A DNA stretch of 64,000 bases from Eukaryota sp. TZLM1-RC (Eukaryota > Protista > Metamonada: BaSk clade): positions 3,782,001 through 3,846,000 of the forward strand of contig JAUPSS010000001.1 of NCBI GenBank assembly GCA_040285825.1, in the 5' to 3' direction. The notes beneath the pieces are model-generated. The model did no database searches. It saw nothing but the letters and a program-made list of their open reading frames with translations, and was not told where the DNA came from. Below are positions 36,031 through 47,810 of this stretch, piece by piece (position 1 is the stretch's first letter; the number at the start of each line of letters is the position of its first letter). The position numbers were made by a program, and so were the translations under genes.

Positions 36031-36362
36031 TCAAGATTTTGTTTAGATTTTTTCTATTTTAAGCGTGATTTTGAATACCTTTATTTCAAATAAGTAGCTT
36101 TGGACCAAAATTTAGGGGGAAAGCCAAAAGTCTTGTTTAGTTAGAACTTTCCAGCAGTTCTTCAGCTGGCTTCATTTTTATTCAATTGACTCCAGGACCA
36201 TGTTTATACGTCATAATGTTGTGATAATGGGCTGTTATCTTAGACATAGGACTAGCTTAACATCTCCTTACTAGTCTTTTGTTGCGTTTCAATAGAAATC
36301 CTTATCTGGTTAGTAATACATGACATCTCTCACTACGAGTATCACCTCCCCTGTCCCTATAC

Positions 36363-37043
36363 ATGCTGTCTGCCAAAGGTCGAATAGCTTTCTATGGACC
36401 AGTCATTAATCTGTTTGTGATATTATTCTGCTATGTAATGACAAACTCCAAGAACGATGATCCCAAGATAGCACTTGAAGAAATAGTCTCTTCTTCACCT
36501 GAAGTGTACATTTTCATGATCTCAACATTTCTTAGCAGTGTAATCTTCTCCGACTGTATTCTACGAATGCACAGGATACTTAAGCGAAGATTCATGGGTC
36601 TCACTAACCGTGGAAGGATGATTGGAGTCTTTGGTAACCCCCAGATGCTGCTATTCGCTCTTGTCTACATGGGCTCGGCGTCTAATCTGGTACTTCCCTT
36701 ATCCACAGTGTTTTTGAGGGGACCACAAGCTTATCGGATGTGGTATGCATTCTGTATGGCCAACTATGTCATTGCCTCATCGATTGAGATATTCGTGGTC
36801 AGTGTGGCGCTATGGATGATACATACTACAAGTAAACAAGATTCTATTGATTCACCAACACATATAGCTTCTTTAATCACAAAGTCATGGATTGCAGTCA
36901 TTTTCTTTGCTTCTGTTGCAAGTTTTCTCTCTAGTAGCTTCTTTACGACACCCGGCAACACATCAGCTCTGTCGCAGTATATGACATTGACGGCGTTGTG
37001 GATGTACAGGGGTTCTTATGCTGTGGAACTGGACAAGGAGTAG
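36363..37043 (+). CDS. multi-pass membrane protein, possibly Frag1/DRAM/Sfk1-like
   Basis: 226 aa, about 6 TM segments, PEVYIF after TM1; family assignment weak. Confidence 0.6.
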   Translation: MLSAKGRIAFYGPVINLFVILFCYVMTNSKNDDPKIALEEIVSSSPEVYIFMISTFLSSVIFSDCILRMHRILKRRFMGLTNRGRMIGVFGNPQMLLFALVYMGSASNLVLPLSTVFLRGPQAYRMWYAFCMANYVIASSIEIFVVSVALWMIHTTSKQDSIDSPTHIASLITKSWIAVIFFASVASFLSSSFFTTPGNTSALSQYMTLTALWMYRGSYAVELDKE

Positions 37044-38009
37044 TTGTTCTATGTAAATCAAAGAATGTTGTTGAATGATCAAAGATAAAATACTGGTTAC
37101 TCTAAAGATGCATGTTTATAGCTAATAGCTCATAAGCTACAGTATATATACTTTGAACTGCCTGTTCTACACTCACTGATCTTTGGAGTGCTTTTGGTTT
37201 TACACTCATTGTGAATATGCAGTTGGTAATCCGAAACATGTTCAGGGCATTGTCAACATCCCCATATATGAATGTCACATTTAAAATATAAATTCATATC
37301 CGAAATTTATATTAGGGGTTGGTTGTCGCTAAGATGGACCTGAACAGGTTGCATCAATTCACTGTAAAATTCAAAAAATCAAAAAAATTAAAACAAAATT
37401 AAAGTAAAATTAAAAATTCACTTCGGTACTAGGTATCACAAGTGAGATACCTACAGTCAGACCCCACATAGACTATTACTATAGTGGAGCAGTCTATGTG
37501 AAGCGACAAGTGTTATCTACTTCATGATTACATCGTTTTCACACTATTAATTGCAATCTTATGATTCTTTCTAGCTGCTGGTAAATCATTTTTGAGTCTC
37601 TTCCCTTTTAATGTTTTGTGTGCGGGGCAAAAAACAAAGTTAATTTCAAAATCAAACAAAAATACAATTAACAAAAACTTATTGTTTAACAAAAGGTTCT
37701 TTATCTTCAACTTGACAGTGACAGAAATATCAATCAAATACCTTCTAGCAGGATTCTGAATCCACCATGGAAAACAAGATAATTCAACTAAATATTCATT
37801 CTTGATTAATTTAACAGATTCAATTAAACCTTGATAAGATTTCATGGCGATAGGGGAGAACCTAACAGATTGTCTCTTATAGGTCTAACGAATTTAATGA
37901 ATTTTAATCAAGGAAAGTTTTGCTCAGTGATATTGGTGGGAACATCACCATGAATTATCAATTCCGTCAAGTTTGGTAATTGTATTTCAATATTGATAGC
38001 GTGGCATAA

Positions 38010-39130
38010 ATTTTATTTATGAATTTTCTCGTAGATTTCCTGATGATTCTCATCTGTTAGTCCCCAATTGTAGTCCCTATTTGTAGGAGTTATCTTGTGA
38101 ACTTGAAAAATTACCGCCACAAATTTGGACCAAATGTTTTCCTCAATCAATTCAAGAAATTCCAAACCGATCTCTATTTAATTTACAGTTTTGCTGTAAA
38201 AAGCTTCAACAAAAATTGTCAAAGATTTTTGAAAGCTTGGATTTTGATGTTAGACTTGGCTTGGCCAAGAAAAAGAATCCCGCTTTTGCAAATCTTTTAC
38301 AAGATATGTGTGACAGTACTTCTTCTGCCTTAGTAACAACAATTCCACAAGTTTATGGTACTCTCTTATCCGATTCTGCTTGGACTCTGAATATGAGATT
38401 TCGTTCCTTTATATGGCCTGATAATTTACCTCATAATTTAATTTGTAAATGCTCTCGAGAAATTACAACTACTCATTTGTTAAATTGTAAACATTTTATT
38501 ACTTTTAGAAGCAAGGTTCATGATGCTGTAAGAGACCAGTTATATTGTATGTGTAAATCTCATAGAATTGAATCCTTCTTGGAACCTTTGTTGTCAAATC
38601 TGTTTGATGCTGAAAATGATATTCATAAGAATAATAGAGGTGATGTCATATTACCTGGATTAGATGGAAGCTTCATTTTATTGGATGTAATGTCTGTTGA
38701 TCCTTGTAATGCCTCAAATGAAAGGCTTGTTAATTCTGAAATTCATATTCCCTTTCAAATGCTGAAAATTTTAAATTCGAAAATACAATGAACCTTTGTC
38801 CAAATTGGCCAGTCTACAGCATGCAAAATACAATTTGTATCCATTTGTATTTTCTCTTTTTGGTTCACTTGCACCAACTGCTTTACGTTTTTTGGATGAT
38901 TTTGAAATGATTGTAAAGAGAAGAACTGGCAGAAATTTCAACAGATTGTTTTGGCAAAATAGAATTGTGTTTTCTATTTTTAAGGGGATGTTGAAGATGG
39001 TTTCTGATGCTTTGCTTTCTCCTGGATCTCACTATGAGAGAGTTGCATCTAGTGTTTTTGTTTTGGGAGAGATGGATTTTTTAGATATTGATTTATAGGT
39101 TTAGAATAAAATTAAATTTTAAAAAAAATA
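38010..39130 (+). mobile_element. RLE non-LTR 3' fragment (subfamily D)
   Basis: CKC..HLLNC..RSKVHDAVRD, RGDVILPG, WQNRIVF, A-rich tail. Confidence 0.88.
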
Positions 39131-40680
39131 GTGATAGCGTTCCATAATTGCGTTTGCAAGCTAACAAAGGATTGGGGTCAAGGAACTTGGCCTTTCAATA
39201 TTCTTTCTGAAATACTACGAGATAACAAAACTAATGCATTCAATAATGTGAAATTGCTTAAATCTTCATCCTTAATGAATTCATTATTGACCACTAACTC
39301 TACTAGTGAAGTGGGTAATTGTTCTATATTGGCTTGATAATCAATTTCTACACATTTAAGATTTGACAAATATGCCAAGTTTAACGGAAGACCAAATCTT
39401 GACCTTCCACCAAGCTTAACTACCTCAACATTTGGAAAAAATGACAATAATTGTGGATCAACTTCATCATAGTAAACATCAAGTTTTCTAATTCTAAAAT
39501 TCACTACTTTGGTACCTTTATAATCAGTAGAAAATCACAATTGTAAATAACAAATATTTTCATATAAATTGAAATCTTGAGCAATTTTTAAAAATTCAAA
39601 AGCATTAATGACCTTTTTAGCAAATTTTCACTTGTTTGCTAATTGAACATTTGTTAACGAATTTGGTTTTTGTATAAGGATGGTTACCAAACAAATTTTT
39701 CAAATATTGTACAAATTGAGAATATATTAATTTGATTAGACCACTAAACATTCTATCCAAAAGTTGTTTTGAATATTGAAAACTTCCAAGAATTTCAGAT
39801 CCTAAAACTTCAACAGGTTTTGGTCGATTTTATTGGATGTAATGTCTGTTGATCCTTTTAATGCTTCAAATGAAAGGCTTGTTAATTCTGAAATTCATAA
39901 TCCTCTTTCAAATGCTGAAAATTTCAAAATCAAAAAATACAATGAACGTTTGTCCAAATTGTTCAGTCAACAGCGTGCAAAAAACAATTTGTATCCATTT
40001 GTGTTTTCTCTTTTTGGTTCACTTGCTTCAACGGCTGATCGATTTTTGGCAGATTTTGAATTGATTGTAAAAAGAAGAACTAACAGATATTTCAACACAT
40101 TGTTTTGGCAAAATAGCATTGTGTTTAATATTTTTAAGGGGATGTTGAAGATGGTTTCTGATGCTTTGCTTTCTCTTGGATCTCACTATGAAAGAGTTGC
40201 AGTTAGTGTTTTTGTTTTGGGAGAGATGGATTATTTAGATGTTGATTTATAGGTTTTGAATAAAAAAATTAAAAAAAACGGTTTTGGTCGATTAATCAAT
40301 TCACATGTACCTAATTGACCTTTATCATTCCGTCCCCAAGCCCAAACAGTGTTTTTGTTGTAGGCAAAAGGAAAGTCATGACCTTTTGAAATACCTTCTA
40401 GATTGCTACAAGTTTCAATAGATCTTGGTCCATTACTATCTTCATAGAATTCACTGATTTTGCTCAACTTACCCCACACAAAAACTTTAGCATTATTATC
40501 AAATACAGCATAAACTGTCTTCTTCTGATTCAATACATTTAATTCACTGCAGCCGCCGATAGAAATAACATTAACTAAATTTCCCACTCTGTTTTTGAAA
40601 TCATATTGTTCCACTAAAGTCTTAAATTTCAAAACTTCACCAAAATTATCAATGAAAAATACATGATGACTATTAAATAC
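39131..40680 (-). pseudogene. RCC1-repeat/LRR gene, interrupted by the same subfamily D insertion (39830-40279)
   Basis: VWAWGRNDKGQLG; LRR LPTSLVEL..DLSNFTLLNALVL; TSD GGTTTTGGTCGATT at 39816-39829 and 40280-40293. Confidence 0.78.
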
Positions 40681-41659
40681 AAAAGTTTATTTAATTCTTT
40701 GATGCTTTTATCAACTCTAATTAGTGAATCAAATTTTCAAAATTAACGAACTGTTCGAAAGAGAAAAAAATTAAGGGAACAAGTTCATTCAATTCAAATT
40801 GGCCATAGTAATTGGCTTTTAAACATGCGTTTTCGTTGTTTTCTGTGGCCAAACAATTTGCCCAATCATTTAACTAGTAAATGTGGTAAACCTCTTTTGT
40901 TTACTCATCTTTTGAACTGTAAACATTTCATTACATTTGAAAATAAAATATATAATAATGTCAGAGATCAAATTGTTGATACATTATTATATATTTTAAT
41001 TTTAAATGTAATGAAATGTTTACGGTTCAAAAGATGAGTAAACAAAAGAGGTTTACCACGTTTACATTTTAAATAATTGGGCAAATTGTCTCCAATCCAA
41101 GTCTTCCTTATTAATCCAAACTGTCACAAAATGTAACAAGATGGTGTTGGCGGTTTTTCAAACAAATATATAGACGCAATTAAAACTTAAAATACCACAA
41201 CCTACGAACTTCATCAATTCTTTGAGGAATAGAACTAAATGGCATTTAAAACTATTTTTCTGAATTATGTTAAAGCTCAATCCAAACAAGACGTTGAAGT
41301 GTTGATTTTGTTTTCTTGTACTATCCCAAGTAGATAGTACAATATGAACCATTTCTGAAATTAAATTGTAAAAGAGTAGACCTCTTGCCATTTTTCCCTA
41401 CCCTACCCACCAATGTACTATTATATGTTATTTTGGTTTTGGGATGAAATGAATGTAATTAAGAAAATTATATCAATTTCTTTTTCTTTTTCTTTTTCAT
41501 ATTTCGAGAAATTAAGTAAGCAATCTCAGTCTTTATCAAGTCTGCTTTGAATACATTGTTGAAAACAATGGAAAAATGTGATCCAAACGACGATTAGTGT
41601 GACCACATCTGTGGTATTTTTGTGATTCAAAAATTTGATTTTCAAACACAAACAGAATA

Positions 41660-42395
41660 ACTAAACAAAAAACTCAATTTCCTCAATACACGCATCAACA
41701 TCATCAAATTTCTTGCGTGCACGATTTTCATACTCTATTCCTAATTGTAACAGTGCTTTGCTCACCATTTATATAATTGCTTTAAGTATACTAAAAATAA
41801 TTCTATTGTGCCAGAAATTAAAGTACAATTCTTTTCCTGCTGTTTCTTTTATATAACTTCGGAAACCTTCGAGGAATTTAATACCAAATATTGCAATGTT
41901 ACCAAAAAGAGAAACATCAAGTAGAGCCATCTGATACTTTACATACTCAACACGCCCAAGCGGAGACAAAGGCTCTTTGTTTTTTTGATTTTGCTCTTTT
42001 CAACAAAGCAGAGTGGAGTTTCATCTTTTTTGGCAAAATCAATTGTTGATTCTTTACAAACATCAACAGTGACAACGTCAACAACTTTGATCACACCATC
42101 AGACCCAGGAGTAAATAAATCAGCACGGCGTTTCCCAAGTGTATTATCATCTTCATTTTCAGGTGACAACTGACGCACAAGTGGTTCAACAAAAGCTTTA
42201 ATGTGGTGGGTTTTGCACAAGGCTTAAAGTTGGTCTCTAACAGCATCATGAACAACTGAGCGATATGGAATATTAAATTGGCAATTGTATAAATGATTCA
42301 AATTAATAAGCAGACCACAACGACAAATCAAATCATTTGGCACAGTGCATGGCCACAAAACCACCTCATTCTCAGGTCAGTTGTCCATTGTCTGT
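41660..42395 (-). mobile_element. decayed RLE non-LTR 3' fragment (another subfamily)
   Basis: HDAVRD, RRADLF, DVVTVDVC, FNFWHNRIIFS. Confidence 0.8.
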
Positions 42396-42789
42396 GATAT
42401 TGTTGTTAAAAATTATTGTTAATTAATGTGAAAGTTAGAAGAATTATCCAAAATCATTGGAGAGGAATTGGTCTGTTGTGTTCCACATTCTATCAAGTTT
42501 CTGCTCTATCCATTGATATATATTGCTTCTCATTTAATCAACTTCGTGTGACGTCGTTTTGGTACATACTTGAAGTGATCCAGATGAAATTCAAATTCAA
42601 TTGTTCACAATAATCATCAAACCAATTGGGTTTTGATGGTTGTCTTTGCATAGTGAAACAAAAAATCGCATTTGTACCCAATGTTTGCACTAGTACATCA
42701 TGTTCAATTGATCGATCAAAAATGTACAATTTGAACTTCTGTCTGGACGTACCTTTGTTTTAATTATCTATGTGTCATTGATCCCTTAT

Positions 42790-42962
42790 TTGACTTGATA
42801 ATCTTCCACATGGTTTGATGGGACTGTCACTCCAATTCATTTATTATTACCATTAGAAAAATAGTTAAAGATTTAAATGTCTTGGTTCTTCAAGAGGGTG
42901 GATACAAAATGGACATGGTAGGACCTGCTGCATTTGCTTTGGTTGATGGTCTCTCTGGTTGA
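42790..42962 (+). pseudogene. C-terminal fragment of an HDAC/acetylpolyamine amidohydrolase-family deacetylase
   Basis: translates IVKDLNVLVLQEGGYKMDMVGPAAFALVDGLSG*; (L/Q)EGGY is the family signature containing the catalytic Tyr. Confidence 0.6.
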
Positions 42963-43329
42963 TTTTTGGATTGTTCCTTTCCCTTGTCTCAATTTAAGTC
43001 GGTTTATTGGCCAGTACCATCATTTGATTTAGGAATTACCATCTTTTAAATCACTATTCTTTTAATTTTGGTTTTGTTTTGATTTGGTAAATTCGTTTTT
43101 ATTGGACGACAGTGATGTTCATCCAATCTAGTCATTTTGTTTAGCTTGTGGACTTTTGTATTAATATATAAATAAATACAAGTAATGTTTACTTTGGCAG
43201 TTTCTTTCTATCTTCAAACTCAACTAGAAGCACAAGTTCCTTTCAACCAGTGTCATGCTGAAGACTAACAGAACAAACTCTTTATGAAACCAGCAAAAAA
43301 AATAAAAAAAATAAAAAAAAGGATTTATA

Positions 43330-43345
43330 AGTGTTGAAAAACACC
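43330..43345 (-). promoter_or_regulatory. histone 3' stem-loop (H4)
   Basis: GGTGTT-TTTC-AACACT, 14 nt after the stop. Confidence 0.8.
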
Positions 43346-43359
43346 CCTAAAGCAAAAAC

Positions 43360-43671
43360 CTAAACACCAAAACCATACAAAACACGACCATGACGTTTCA
43401 AAGCATAGACAACATCCATGGCAGTAACAGTCTTCCTTCTGGCATGTTCACAATAAGTAACAGAGTCACGGATCACGTTTTCGAGGAAAGTACGGAGAAC
43501 AGTACGAGTTTCATCATAGATAAGTGCAGAGATACGCTTGACACCACCACGACGAGCAAGACGACGAATAGCAGGCTTAGTAATACCTTGGATGTTTTCA
43601 CGAAGAACCTTTCTATGGCGCTTGGCACCACCTTTACCTAAACCTTTTCCACCTTTTCCACGGCCAGCCAT
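43360..43671 (-). CDS. H4: histone H4
   Basis: [19 protein letters not shown]...[13 protein letters not shown]. Confidence 0.99.
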   Translation of the reverse strand: MAGRGKGGKGLGKGGAKRHRKVLRENIQGITKPAIRRLARRGGVKRISALIYDETRTVLRTFLENVIRDSVTYCEHARRKTVTAMDVVYALKRHGRVLYGFGV

Positions 43672-44006
43672 TGAGATCGATGAAGAGAAGAATACAGGAT
43701 TTGAAAAGAGTTTGGGAATTTGAGTTTTGATCTGAAAATTGTCTTGCCAAGATTAATTGTTGTTTGTTAATGGTGATTGTTGGTTTTCGGGGTTCTTCAA
43801 CTTGGATGATGTAATGGACTGTGATATTAGGAGAATTTCGTGTACTGGAATGGAGGAAATGTACATTGTGGTTTTGCAGTAATTGAAACGCTACTGTGAT
43901 AAATGAACCAACGCACGTACAAGCATGCTAGCAAGCATTTGAACCATTTTTTGGGGTAATATATGTGAAACAAAAGACATCTAAACCTAAATTTATTCAA
44001 AAGTTG

Positions 44007-44022
44007 AGTATTGAAGAACACC
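44007..44022 (-). promoter_or_regulatory. histone 3' stem-loop (H3)
   Basis: GGTGTT-CTTC-AATACT. Confidence 0.75.
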
Positions 44023-44039
44023 ACAACTATGAAACAAAA

Positions 44040-44447
44040 TTAAAAATCAGAACGAATTCTCTTAGCCAAGGCCATATCCTTAGGCATAATGGTAACACGT
44101 TTAGCATGGATAGCACAGAGATTGGTGTCTTCAAACAAACCAACAAGGTAAGCTTCAGCAGCTTCTTGAAGGGCAGAAATACCAGAGGCTTGGAATCTCA
44201 ACTCACCCTTAAACTCTTGAGCAATTTCTCTAACCAAACGTTGGAAGGGAAGCTTGCGAATCAAGAGCTCAGTAGACTTTTGGTACTTTCTGATTTCACG
44301 GAGAGCAACGGTACCAGGGCGATAACGATGGGGTTTCTTGATACCACCAGTAGCAGGGGCAGCTTTTCGAGCAGCCTTGGTAGCCAAATGCTTTCTAGGA
44401 GTCTTGGTGGAGGTAGTCTTGCGAGAGGTTTGCTTAGTACGGGCCAT
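44040..44447 (-). CDS. H3: histone H3
   Basis: ARTKQT...[41 protein letters not shown]. Confidence 0.99.
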   Translation of the reverse strand: MARTKQTSRKTTSTKTPRKHLATKAARKAAPATGGIKKPHRYRPGTVALREIRKYQKSTELLIRKLPFQRLVREIAQEFKGELRFQASGISALQEAAEAYLVGLFEDTNLCAIHAKRVTIMPKDMALAKRIRSDF

Positions 44448-44803
44448 TGATGTAGATCAGGATTATGGTCAACTGCATTGTAATTGAGCAGAAATTCAGA
44501 GAAGGGAAAATGTCTTGCAAGAATCAATTGTCATTTGCTTTTGCTGGTTAGTTTTTGGGGGTTTGATTGTGTAGACTATTCAGTTGGCTTTGTTGTCGTT
44601 CTTCATAAGATGTGCACCTAGCTGTTCTCCTATGTGAAACTATTGAAATATTCAATGTGGGTTCTGTTTAGGAACAACAGGTTTAGCAAAACCCAATTAT
44701 ATTAAGCAATTGTCATTTCCCCCAAAAACTTCAATCCTGATGAAAACATCAATAAAACTCTTTAATTAAAAACAATAAAAAACAATTAAAACCAAATTTA
44801 TCC

Positions 44804-44819
44804 AGTGTTGAAAAACACT
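44804..44819 (-). promoter_or_regulatory. histone 3' stem-loop (H2B)
   Basis: AGTGTT-TTTC-AACACT. Confidence 0.8.
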
Positions 44820-44835
44820 ATCAAATACCACAAAT

Positions 44836-45270
44836 CTATTCAGCTTCACCAGCAGAGGTAAACTTGGTCACAGCCTTGGTACCTTCAGAAACAGCATGCT
44901 TGGAGAGTTCACCAGGTAGCAATAATCTAACAGCAGTCTGAATTTCGCGAGATGAAAGAGTATTTCTCTTGTTAACACGAGCAAGACGGGAAGCTTCAGT
45001 GGCGATACGTTCAAAAATGTCATTGACAAAAGAGTTCATGATACCCATGGCCTTGGTGGAGATACCAGTATCGGGATGAACCTGGCGAAGAACACGGTAA
45101 ATGTAAGTAGCCCATGTCTCCTTACGGGCCTTCTTACGCTTGGGTGCAGCAGCGGCCACACCTCCTTCAGCAACAGCTTTGCTTACAGCTTTGGCAGGAG
45201 CCTTTGATGGGGCTTTAGAGGGAACTCCCTTGATGGATTTGGTAGACTTTACAGACTTCTTTCCGGGCAT
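44836..45270 (-). CDS. H2B: histone H2B
   Basis: [61 protein letters not shown]. Confidence 0.99.
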   Translation of the reverse strand: MPGKKSVKSTKSIKGVPSKAPSKAPAKAVSKAVAEGGVAAAAPKRKKARKETWATYIYRVLRQVHPDTGISTKAMGIMNSFVNDIFERIATEASRLARVNKRNTLSSREIQTAVRLLLPGELSKHAVSEGTKAVTKFTSAGEAE

Positions 45271-45419
45271 GAGATTGAGAGAAATGGTGATCGAGATTCA
45301 GTTTTTGCAACAAAAACAAGCTGATTCAATGTTTTGCCACTAACGACAATCTTGTAACAATCAAAATTGTCGTGTTGAAATTGAAATTCTATTTCCTCAT
45401 CCTCATTAATTCATCTCCC

Positions 45420-45803
45420 ATGGCTGAAGAAACTGGTGCTCGTACTCTCTCCTTCAAAGCAGGTCTCCAATTCCCTGTAGGACGTATCCGCCGTTACCTC
45501 CGTGAAGGTCGCTATGCCGAACGTATTGCAGCTGGCGCTCCCGTCTATATGGCTGCTGTCCTCGAATATCTCACCGCTGAGGTCCTTGAATTGTCTGGTA
45601 ACGCTGCTAGAGATAACAAGAAGACCCGTATCGTCCCCAGACACATTCTCTTGGCTATCCGTAATGATGAAGAACTGAGCAAGCTCTTGTCCCACATCAT
45701 GATTCCCTCTGGTGGTGTACTTCCTCATATTCATTCCGATCTCCTTCCCAAGGGATCCAAGGCTCGTGTTGAAGCCGAAGAACAAGCTTCCCAGGAAATC
45801 TAG
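45420..45803 (+). CDS. H2A: histone H2A with C-terminal SQEI (H2A.X-type) motif
   Basis: [40 protein letters not shown]; ends ASQEI. Confidence 0.97.
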   Translation: MAEETGARTLSFKAGLQFPVGRIRRYLREGRYAERIAAGAPVYMAAVLEYLTAEVLELSGNAARDNKKTRIVPRHILLAIRNDEELSKLLSHIMIPSGGVLPHIHSDLLPKGSKARVEAEEQASQEI

Positions 45804-45815
45804 GTTGTATTTCAT

Positions 45816-45831
45816 GGTGTTTTTCAACACT
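45816..45831 (+). promoter_or_regulatory. histone 3' stem-loop (H2A)
   Basis: GGTGTT-TTTC-AACACT, 12 nt after the stop. Confidence 0.8.
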
Positions 45832-46199
45832 TTTGGTTTATAAATTTACTTTTAAATTGGTCTCACTCATTGTTTTTTAAAATATGCTGATGCGGTGCTG
45901 CTTTCAGCAATCAAATTGGTTTTGATAATCACACCTTTTTTTCTTTGACGGAAAGGAATCTAGGTCCGCGGACCATTATTCCTGCCGACATATTGCCGAC
46001 ACATGTCATTTATTATGCCTCAACTGTTGACGGTGGAAAGTAAAAGTGTTGTCGTTGAAATCTAAACATGATTACTGAGTTCAAGAGAACATTGTACTAA
46101 TTGAGGGAAGCTATAAGTATCCCAATAGACAACAATAAATTTTCAAATAGGATAAATAAATTGGTAACCAAATTGGTCTCCGACATAATTTACTTAAAT

Positions 46200-47810
46200 T
46201 TGTTTTGTTATCGAATTCTCCAGTTTCTACAATAGTCGATGGTATTGAAATTCAAGCCAAATTTTATTCAATTGATGCTATTCGTCATTTGGGTTCGTTT
46301 TTAGGAAATAATGATGAAATTACCAAAAAATTGTCTGAAAAGGTGAACTCAATTTCCGACAAAAATGACCGAATGATGAATTTAGATATACAGAAACACA
46401 TCAAATTTACCATTATAAGACTATGTTTTAGTTCCAATTTCAATCATATATTTCGATCTACAAATCCTCTCGTCACTAGACCTTTGGCTCAGAAGTTTAA
46501 CGAGTTACGTGCAAAAATTCTGTCACAATTACTGGGATGTAAAATGTTCCAAATTCCAGATCATGCTTGTCTTAGTCCACATTATGGCGGTTTAGGTTGG
46601 ACGAATGCTTCTATTCTTACTTCGTGTGCTTTTATTGGTGGATTCAGAAATGCAATTTTTGAGTTTTCCGAAAGATTTGCAGATTGGGAAGATTGATTGA
46701 TGACAACGCAAAGTTCCACTGTTTTTGTATTAAATGAAGAAATTGCAAAAAATGATGCAGAAAAATGGAGTCGATACTTTCCCCAATCATTCAATGGCAA
46801 TATTCCAGAAAAGAATGTGTTAAATTTAAAATAAACTCTTCGAACTTTACAGAAACGATTGATTGGAATGTATGAAAATGATCTTTATAATGATATATGC
46901 AGCTCGGCTGTTTTAAATCAAGATCTTCACTCATTGTTATTGGAAAGTGGTGTTTGTGAAAATAAGCCATCAGATTCTTCACTTTTTGTAACCATTGTAC
47001 CACGAAGATATGGATTGTGTGCCACTAATGAATAATTTGTAACAAAAATGAGATTATATTGGAATATCCCCATCAATCAATTATTATCAAAAGAAAAATG
47101 TATTTGGTCGAATTCACCTCAACTCACTTTGCGCCATGCTCTGAATTGTTCTAAATTGATAACTTATCGTTCTTCATTACATGATTTTGTTAGAGACGCT
47201 GTTTTCAATATGGCACAAACTGCAAGAACCTCCCGTATCAAAGAGCATCTGCTGAAGGAAACACTTTCTCTGAATAATTTTGGTTCTGATGATAGAGGTG
47301 ATGTATACTGTGATTGGATTGATAATTCTGAAGCTATTGTTGACTTTGTCTCATGTATTGTTGCAAATGATACTTTGGTTCACAGAAGAAAACTTAATCC
47401 TGTGAGTGCTCTTGATTTTAAAGCAAAAGAAAAACATAGTAAATATGATAAAGATAATGAAGAGGCTAATGTTGATAGAAATACAGAGCTAGCTTTTATT
47501 GCTTTCCCATTTTCAATAAATGGAAGATTATCAGATTAAGCAGAAATTTTTTTGAATAACTTCCAAAAAATGGTTCAACAAAAAACAATGAAAAGATTTG
47601 ATATTTCTTATTGCGTTTTCGGATTCAATTTGCCATTATTAATAGATTACCTCGGTTTTTCAATCGAATAAGAGAAGCTTTAGCTAGACAGCAAGCAGAT
47701 CAAGATTTTGTAGAGGAAATCTTGGTTCAATGATAGTCGTCCCATTAGTTATGAATTAATTTAATTAAGTGTGCATGTTCAATAGATATGAGTAAGTAAA
47801 TAAATAAATA
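46200..47810 (+). mobile_element. decayed RLE non-LTR retrotransposon, 3' half (subfamily B)
   Basis: IRHLGSFLG (RT thumb), HYGGLG, HALNC..RSSLHD.VRD, RGDVYC, subfamily B 3' UTR. Confidence 0.88.

Noticed and set aside
43390-45830. Antisense ORFs over the histones (43390-43641, 43965-44450, 45411-45830)
   Set aside because: Shadow frames of codon-biased histone genes
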